Assembly: GCA_052144915.1 (NCBI GenBank)
Contig: JBKQPS010000026.1
Coordinates: 1 to 54,656, forward strand
DNA: 54,656 nt
Direction of reading: 5' to 3'
Origin: Spirochaetia bacterium
GTDB lineage: Bacteria > Spirochaetota > Spirochaetia > SZUA-6 > Fen-1364
Positions 48,599 through 54,656 of the stretch are shown here, one piece after another. Made by a program: the position numbers and the translations under genes. The notes beneath the pieces are model-generated. The model was not told where the DNA came from. It saw only the letters and a list, made by a program, of their open reading frames with translations, and did not search any database. Each line of letters starts with the position of its first letter. The stretch's first letter is position 1.

Positions 48599-49396
48599 AT
48601 GACGGACGTGTCAGCACGAGCACTGAGAGTGATGGAGCATGCCGCCCGAAAGGCGGGGGCGATCGCACGGCGGCACTACCTCTCGGAGTCCCTGGAAGTT
48701 CGGAAGAAGTCCGCGCCTGGTGACCTGGTCTCGACCGCCGATTTGGAAGCCGAAGAGGCCATTCTCGCGATCCTGCGGCGCGCCTTTCCCGGCGCGTCCA
48801 TGGTGGCCGAGGAGAGCGGCGGCTTCCGTGACACAGGAACCGCATTCTACGTGGACCCGCTCGATGGGACGCTGAACTTCCTGCACGGCGTCCCCTTTTT
48901 CGCCGTATCGATCGGCTGCTGGATCGACGGTGCCCCCGTGGCCGGGGTCGTGCTCAACCCCGTGACCGCAGACGCCTACACCGCCGTACGGGGAGCGGGG
49001 GCGCGGAAGAACGGGAAATCGATCGCTGTGTCCACCGCCCCCGCTTTGAAGGATTCCCTGGTTGCAACCGGCTGGCCGTACGACCGCGGCAGCCGGACCC
49101 GGCTTTCCTCCGAGATGGATCGGCTTTACCAGGGGTCCCAGAATCTGCGTGCGTTCGGCTGCGCCAGTTTGGCGTTCTGCTTCGTCGCGGAAGGGGCTTT
49201 CGACGGGTACTGGGAACGGGACCTGCAGCCCTGGGACATGGCGGCCGGGGCTCTGATCTTGCGCGAGGCGGGCGGAATCGTCACCTCGCTGTCCGGCAGC
49301 GGCTTCGATCTCGGCTCGGGCAACATCGCGGCCTCCAACGGCCGCATCCACACGGAGCTGATCAGCCTCTTGAAAGAGGCAAGGAGGAGGAACTGA
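48599..49396 (+). CDS. inositol monophosphatase family protein
   Basis: DLVSTAD, EES, VDPLDGTLNF, WDMAAG. Confidence 0.93.
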   Translation: MTDVSARALRVMEHAARKAGAIARRHYLSESLEVRKKSAPGDLVSTADLEAEEAILAILRRAFPGASMVAEESGGFRDTGTAFYVDPLDGTLNFLHGVPFFAVSIGCWIDGAPVAGVVLNPVTADAYTAVRGAGARKNGKSIAVSTAPALKDSLVATGWPYDRGSRTRLSSEMDRLYQGSQNLRAFGCASLAFCFVAEGAFDGYWERDLQPWDMAAGALILREAGGIVTSLSGSGFDLGSGNIAASNGRIHTELISLLKEARRRN

Positions 49397-50478
49397 TGAA
49401 ATACCGGCGGCTGGGAAACACGGGGGTCATTGTGAGCGAAGTGGCGCTGGGAACGATGCAGTTCGGCGGCCGCATGAACATGGGAAACCTCGACCAGGAA
49501 GCCACGACGAAGATGGTGAAGCTCGCCCTCGACCGGGGGATCAACTTCATCGACACGGCGGACGTGTACAGCCGCGGTGAGAGCGAGACGCTTCTCGGCA
49601 ACGCCCTGAAGGGAGTGCGGGAGGAGATCGTCCTGGCCACCAAGGTCCGCCTGCCCATGAGCGAGAACTTCAACAGGAGCGGCGCCACCCGCGTGAACAT
49701 CATGCGCGGGATCGAGTCCAGCCTGAGGCGCCTCCAGACCGACCACGTGGACCTCTACCAGGTGCACGGCTGGGACAGCAACACGCCGCTGGAAGAAACG
49801 CTGCGAACGCTGGACGACGTGGTGCGCCAGGGGAAGTCGCGCTACATCGGCCTGAGCAACCACCTCTCGTGGCAGGCGGCGGTTGCGATCTCGCTGCAGG
49901 AGCGCATGGGGCTGGAAAAGTACGCCACGGCGCAGATGTACTACAGCCTCGTCGGCCGTGGCCTCGAGCACGAGTTCCAGTCCTACGCCCAGTACGCGGG
50001 ACTCGGCATCCTCGTGTGGAGCCCGCTCGCCGGCGGGTTCCTCGCGGGCAAGTACGGCCGCGCCAGTCCTCCCACCTCGGGGACGCGCTTCGCGGAGGCC
50101 GGCCAGTTCGTGCCCTTCGACAAGGAGACGGGGTGGCACGTGGTGGACGCGCTGAAACTGGTGGCGGATCGGCACGGGGTGAGCCCCGCGCGGGCGGCCC
50201 TGGCCTGGGTGCTGGCTCGCCCGGCGGTCTCCAGCGTCATCATCGCCGCGCGCAAGCTCGAGACATTGGAGGACAACATCAAGGCGGTGGATCTCCACCT
50301 TTCGGAAGAGGACGGGCGGCTGCTGGATTCCGTCTCTGACCCCGGCACGCCGTACCCGAAGTGGATGGTGCTCCAGCTGGACGCGGCGGAAGATCCGCGG
50401 CCCCGCGTGCTGCATCCGGAACGCTACGCGGACGGGGGCCCGTGGAAGGACCTCCGCGGCACGAAGTGGTCCGGATAG
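49396..50478 (+). CDS. aldo/keto reductase
   Basis: LGTMQFG, IDTADVY, LATK, DLYQVH, WSPLAGG; start overlaps the upstream stop. Confidence 0.95.
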   Translation: MKYRRLGNTGVIVSEVALGTMQFGGRMNMGNLDQEATTKMVKLALDRGINFIDTADVYSRGESETLLGNALKGVREEIVLATKVRLPMSENFNRSGATRVNIMRGIESSLRRLQTDHVDLYQVHGWDSNTPLEETLRTLDDVVRQGKSRYIGLSNHLSWQAAVAISLQERMGLEKYATAQMYYSLVGRGLEHEFQSYAQYAGLGILVWSPLAGGFLAGKYGRASPPTSGTRFAEAGQFVPFDKETGWHVVDALKLVADRHGVSPARAALAWVLARPAVSSVIIAARKLETLEDNIKAVDLHLSEEDGRLLDSVSDPGTPYPKWMVLQLDAAEDPRPRVLHPERYADGGPWKDLRGTKWSG

Positions 50479-50491
50479 CGCGTGAACGGGG

Positions 50492-51985
50492 CTAAAAATT
50501 GACCGTTGCGCTCAGGATCGTGAAGAACTGGTTGTTGGTGATCGCGCCCGTGGTCGGGTTCACCGAGATCACGTATTCGCCATTGTTGGCGCCCAGGTAC
50601 GAGCCCACCTGGATCTCCAGCGTGAAATTGCTCACCGGCTCGTAGGAAAGACCGACCAGCGCGATCGCCGACATGTCGGAGAAGTTGCAGAGGCCGTCCA
50701 GGGAGAGTGTCATATTGGTCAGTCCGAAGTCTGCGATCGAGATGAACAGTGCTCCGTAGTATTGCCCGTAGTAGCCGGCGTGGTAGTACGTCGAATAGAA
50801 AGTGTCCAGGTTCTGGTCGGTGAGATCCTGGAACATGTTCTGGTTGTAGCCGTCCGAGTTCCAGAAGAACTCCGTCATCACGGAAATCCTGTCCTGAACG
50901 TCGAACGCATCGAAGGTGCGCGAAAGGCCGACGTCCACCTTGGGAACCAGCTGGTTTGTGACCGAGTAGGCATTGCCGTTCGTATCGAGCTTCTGCTGGT
51001 TGTCTCCGTATGACAGGCTTGCCTCGCCGGTCATGTTCAGCTCCCAGAAAAGCGGCGCGGTGAGGTCCGCGCCGAAGACGGGGATCTTCTGGTACTCGTA
51101 CCAGCCTACCAGTCCGAACTCCGCCTTGCCGACCAGGACCTCCGTCCGTGCCGCGTAGGCGACATCGGTGAGATCCTGGACGTCGTTCAGGTTGATGAAG
51201 GTATAGAGGTGGAAAGCGGAAGAGAAGGTCACGTCCCCGCGCAAACCGAACACTCCGTCCAGGAGAGCGTTGAGGTTCGTGAAGCTCTTGTGCGAGACGT
51301 TGATGAGGTCGGTCGGGTTCCAGAAATAGCCCGTGCCCCACTGGAGCACCTGCTTTCCCGCGCGAAAATAGACCGTGTTGGCGAAGTTGAAGTCGACGAA
51401 CACCTCCTTGATGTCGAGGAGCGTGGACTGGTTCTGGACCAGCGTCAGCGTCGGGGGCAGCGACGCCGGAAACCCGGTGAAAGTTTCCGGCACCGGTACG
51501 CCCGTGGGCACGTAGTTGACATTCAAATCCATGAACATCCGGTAGCTCTTCGGCAGCCGGGCATCGACGAGAAAGTCAGCAAGGACACTGTTGGCGAAGG
51601 TGTTGTCGTCGATGCCGGTGACGCCCGCTACGAAGTTGCGGGTCATCGTGTAGGCGCTGAGGGACTGCAGCTCGCCGGAAAATCCGAGTTTTTCCTTTTC
51701 CACCTCGACTGCTTCCGCGGCGTTCGCCTTCTCGGCGGCTCCCTGCTTCGCCTCGACGTCGGCGGAGCCGAAGAACTCATCCTCCGAGGAAGACGTGGCG
51801 GCCTGCTGCCCGGCGGCCGGCTGCGCGCCGGCCTGTTGCCCGCCGCCCTGCTGCCCGGCCGCGGGTGCCGCCGGGGCGGGCTGGGCCGCCGGGGGCTGAC
51901 TGGCTGCCGGGGCCTCGGCCTGCGCGAACAGGCCGGAGCCGGCCAGGCAGACCGCGAGCGCGCTCACGATCAGGTACTTCTTCAT
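50492..51985 (-). CDS. putative outer-membrane beta-barrel protein
   Basis: Signal peptide, Q/A/P-rich linker, RAGKQVLQWGTGYFWNPTD, alternating aromatic strands, C-terminal Phe. Confidence 0.75.
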   Translation of the reverse strand: MKKYLIVSALAVCLAGSGLFAQAEAPAASQPPAAQPAPAAPAAGQQGGGQQAGAQPAAGQQAATSSSEDEFFGSADVEAKQGAAEKANAAEAVEVEKEKLGFSGELQSLSAYTMTRNFVAGVTGIDDNTFANSVLADFLVDARLPKSYRMFMDLNVNYVPTGVPVPETFTGFPASLPPTLTLVQNQSTLLDIKEVFVDFNFANTVYFRAGKQVLQWGTGYFWNPTDLINVSHKSFTNLNALLDGVFGLRGDVTFSSAFHLYTFINLNDVQDLTDVAYAARTEVLVGKAEFGLVGWYEYQKIPVFGADLTAPLFWELNMTGEASLSYGDNQQKLDTNGNAYSVTNQLVPKVDVGLSRTFDAFDVQDRISVMTEFFWNSDGYNQNMFQDLTDQNLDTFYSTYYHAGYYGQYYGALFISIADFGLTNMTLSLDGLCNFSDMSAIALVGLSYEPVSNFTLEIQVGSYLGANNGEYVISVNPTTGAITNNQFFTILSATVNF

Positions 51986-51993
51986 GTTGCTTC

Positions 51994-52767
51994 CTACTTG
52001 CTCAAGCTCTCCAGGTACGACTTGTCGAACTTGTAGTCATCGACCTTGCTGAAGGTGATGCCGGTGATCTCCAGCACGGACACGCGGCCTTTCTCCACCT
52101 CGTCGGTGAACTTCATCAGCAGCGGCACGTAGCGGCCGTCCACGTTCTTGTAGCTGGTATACAGGTCCGTCTCCATCAACGTTCCCGAGAGGCTGTAGCA
52201 CTCCCGCTTCAACTCCAGGAACTTGTCCCGGGTCACCCACATCACCAGCTTGGGGTACTTCACGTCGTTGACCTTTGCCGTGACCTCGACCTTGTACACC
52301 GGGATCTTCCCCCCGCCGATGGTCTCCTCCGAGATGATATCCTTGCCCGCGGCATCCAGGGACGGCTTGTACAGGTCCTTGAACTTGCGCGTCTCCATGT
52401 CCCCGGCGCTCGCGTTGGAGCCCCCGATCTTTTCGTCGCGCCCGATGTGCGTGAAGGTGCGCGTGGCGCGCTTGTACATCCACAGGTTGTCCCCCACGCG
52501 CATGTACCCGTTGCCGCGATCGCTCTCGGGGTCCGCGATCACGATAAGAAACGCGTCGTCGATGTCGCGCCGATAGTACACGCTGTTGATCACCTTGGTT
52601 CCCTGCTCGGGATCCCGCGTGGTGATGCGGGCCTCGGCGGTCATGTCGCTCTTCAGCTGGAGATTGGTGTCCACGTAGCCGATGATCTCCGCCACCGATG
52701 GATTGGCCCACAGGGCCGGGGCCAGCAGGAGCAGCCCCAGCGCCAGTGTCATGCCCTTGGCTTTCAT
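51994..52767 (-). CDS. LolA-like outer membrane lipoprotein-sorting protein
   Basis: Signal peptide; PESDRGNGYMR..DNLWMY, IGGSNASAGD, YPKLVMWV, YSLSGTLM; lies between an ABC permease and the barrel gene. Confidence 0.8.
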   Translation of the reverse strand: MKAKGMTLALGLLLLAPALWANPSVAEIIGYVDTNLQLKSDMTAEARITTRDPEQGTKVINSVYYRRDIDDAFLIVIADPESDRGNGYMRVGDNLWMYKRATRTFTHIGRDEKIGGSNASAGDMETRKFKDLYKPSLDAAGKDIISEETIGGGKIPVYKVEVTAKVNDVKYPKLVMWVTRDKFLELKRECYSLSGTLMETDLYTSYKNVDGRYVPLLMKFTDEVEKGRVSVLEITGITFSKVDDYKFDKSYLESLSK

Positions 52768-52776
52768 TACTCTCTC

Positions 52777-54558
52777 CTACTCGTAGTGGCGCAGCGCGTC
52801 TGCCACCCGCAGTTTCGCCGCGCGCCGCGCCGTGAAAAACGCGATGACAAAGGCCACGAGCACGATGGTGAGGAAGTTCACGAGGATCGTGGTGGCCTTC
52901 GGGACGAAATACATGTGCTTCTGCACGAAGAACATGCTGAACGGATTGTCCCGGAGATCGAAGGTGGGGAGGGACAGGAGCGCCATCAGGCCGTAGGCCA
53001 GGAGGACGCCGGCCACGCTGGCCAGGAACGCGAGGAAGACGATCTCCATGACGAACACGGAGCGCACGTCCCCGCGCTGCATCCCGATGGCCCGATTGGT
53101 GCCGATCTCGCGCGTGCGCTCGCGGATGCTCATTCGCATGGTGTTCATGACGCCGATGAGGATGACGAAGAACAGGATCAGGACGGCGACCAGGGAAACG
53201 GTATTCAGACCCTTCTGGAAGTCCACGATGACGCTCGCGTTCTCGAACATCGTCTGGACATCCACTTTCGCGCCCTTCCAGGGTTCCCTGCCCAGTTGGA
53301 GGCGCTTCTTCATGGCCGCGTCCGTGTTCGGGCTCCGCGGCATGAGGTCCCACTCGGGGAGGAGCGCCTTGAAGAGCGGCGCATCATGCGCGGCCAGGGC
53401 GGGCTGCCGGGGGATGTTCCAGAAGTAGGACTGGTAGAAGACATCCTCGTTGGCAAAGGCGGTGGCCGGGGCAAAGGACGGCACCGGCTTCACGATACCT
53501 TTCACGACCACCCCTCGTTCGACCTGGTCCGTTCCGCTCCGAGGCGCGTATGAGTAGGTGAGAGGCGTGCCGACCCGCGCGCCCAGCTGGGCTGCCAGGG
53601 TTTCCGTGAGGATGATCCCATCCTTCGCATCTGCCGCTGTCTTCAGGTCCCCCTGCACGAACTGCAGGTTGTCCGCAGCGACCTCGTACGCCGCGGGATC
53701 GGACTGCAGCTTCAGGGCGAACGTGTCCGCCGCCGCGCGGGTGCTTCCGGTGACGAACAGGGCTTCCACGCCGGCGGCCTCGGGCAGCAGAGCGGCATGC
53801 AGCTTGTTGGCCTCGGCGATCACCTTCTGGGCGTTTTCCGGGTACGTGGTGACGATATTCAGGCCGAGGGACTCGTCGGGCTGGAGATTCAGGAGCCCCC
53901 GCAGGGTGTCCTGGTCGACGAAGGCCGCCACGTCCATGAACATGTTTTCCGAGGGAATGAGGCCGACCACCTTGAACTTCGGCGCCTGGGACTGGCCGTA
54001 GACCGTGTCAAACCGCACGGTCACGATGTCGTTCATCCCGACGTTGATGTCCCGGGCGGCGTTCTTGTAGAGGATGATCCCGGGGAAGACGTCCGGCTTG
54101 AAGATGTCCCGCGGGTTGCCCGCCTCCAGCTGCGTCTCGCTGTAGAAGTCCGCGTCCCGGGGGATGCCGATCAGCGCGCACAGGCCGGTCTTGCCGTTGC
54201 CGATGCTCCGGCCGAAGGCGCTCACCGTCACGTCGATCCGCTTGATGCCCGTCACGTTCTTCCTGATCAGCGCGATGAAACGGGGGGTGTCGCGAATGAC
54301 GTCGCTGCGCCGCGTCGTGTACGAATCCTCGATCACCCGGATGTGCCCGGTCATGTAGACCATGACCTTGTTGAACAGGATATCGGTGAGCCCGCTGGTG
54401 AAGGAGGCGGTCACCACGAGGATGCACATCCCGACGGCGATCCCGATCCCCAGGAGGAGGTTCCTGCGGAACTGCCGCACCATGTTGCGGACCGCGATGG
54501 CCGCCACGACCCGCAGGCTTCTCACCCGCGAGACAATCGATCCCACGTTGCGTTTCAT
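52777..54558 (-). CDS. FtsX/LolE-like ABC transporter permease
   Basis: IAVRNMVRQFRRNLL, large periplasmic region, ERTREIGTNRAIG, C-terminal ADALR. Confidence 0.9.
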   Translation of the reverse strand: MKRNVGSIVSRVRSLRVVAAIAVRNMVRQFRRNLLLGIGIAVGMCILVVTASFTSGLTDILFNKVMVYMTGHIRVIEDSYTTRRSDVIRDTPRFIALIRKNVTGIKRIDVTVSAFGRSIGNGKTGLCALIGIPRDADFYSETQLEAGNPRDIFKPDVFPGIILYKNAARDINVGMNDIVTVRFDTVYGQSQAPKFKVVGLIPSENMFMDVAAFVDQDTLRGLLNLQPDESLGLNIVTTYPENAQKVIAEANKLHAALLPEAAGVEALFVTGSTRAAADTFALKLQSDPAAYEVAADNLQFVQGDLKTAADAKDGIILTETLAAQLGARVGTPLTYSYAPRSGTDQVERGVVVKGIVKPVPSFAPATAFANEDVFYQSYFWNIPRQPALAAHDAPLFKALLPEWDLMPRSPNTDAAMKKRLQLGREPWKGAKVDVQTMFENASVIVDFQKGLNTVSLVAVLILFFVILIGVMNTMRMSIRERTREIGTNRAIGMQRGDVRSVFVMEIVFLAFLASVAGVLLAYGLMALLSLPTFDLRDNPFSMFFVQKHMYFVPKATTILVNFLTIVLVAFVIAFFTARRAAKLRVADALRHYE

Positions 54559-54573
54559 GTTTTCCGTTCCTTG

Positions 54574-54656
54574 CTAGTGCCTGTTGATGGCGTCCAGCGG
54601 CGTGATCTTCCGCGCGACGACAAGGGGATAGATGACCGCGAGGATGGTGACGATGC
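54574..54656 (-). CDS. 3' end of a second FtsX/LolE-like permease (partial, runs off the window)
   Basis: IVTILAVIYPLVVARKITPLDAINRH-stop, a typical permease C-terminus. Confidence 0.75.
   Translation of the reverse strand, partial: IVTILAVIYPLVVARKITPLDAINRH

Noticed and set aside
51790-51925. Low-complexity GC repeats as a DNA repeat element or CRISPR
   Set aside because: They encode the Q/A/P/G linker of the barrel protein; there is no repeat-spacer periodicity and no cas gene in the window.

Overview
High-GC bacterial window, probably from a spirochaete-like lineage (inferred from the ParE/ParC type and the LolA-like/FtsX cluster; not verified). From left to right: (1) about 0.85 kb of apparently unrelated sequence, joined at about nt 830-850 to an OmpR-family regulator that has lost its C-terminus; (2) a minus-strand operon hemN-hemH-hemY-hemA-sensor kinase-response regulator, transcribed divergently from an EF-hand-containing, NOX5-like NADPH oxidase, with PhoB/OmpR-type direct repeats in the shared promoter region; (3) a ~1400-aa unknown protein with about 14 helical repeats; (4) ordinary genes (pirin, mtnA, UDP-glucuronate decarboxylase, parE/parC, ETF-quinone oxidoreductase, fdhA, CPBP protease); (5) a ~23-kb mosaic inositol catabolism region with the Thermotoga-type iolM/iolN/iolO route, iolA, two inositol dehydrogenases, two ABC importers, a LacI regulator with visible operators and an atypical transaldolase-fold enzyme; (6) a beta-barrel/LolA-like/ABC-permease envelope system that runs off the right edge. 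The best candidate for an undescribed system is the heme-supply operon + two-component system + NOX5-like oxidase module. I found no rRNA, tRNA, CRISPR array, integrase or transposase. All calls come from reading motifs by eye; no database searches were run.
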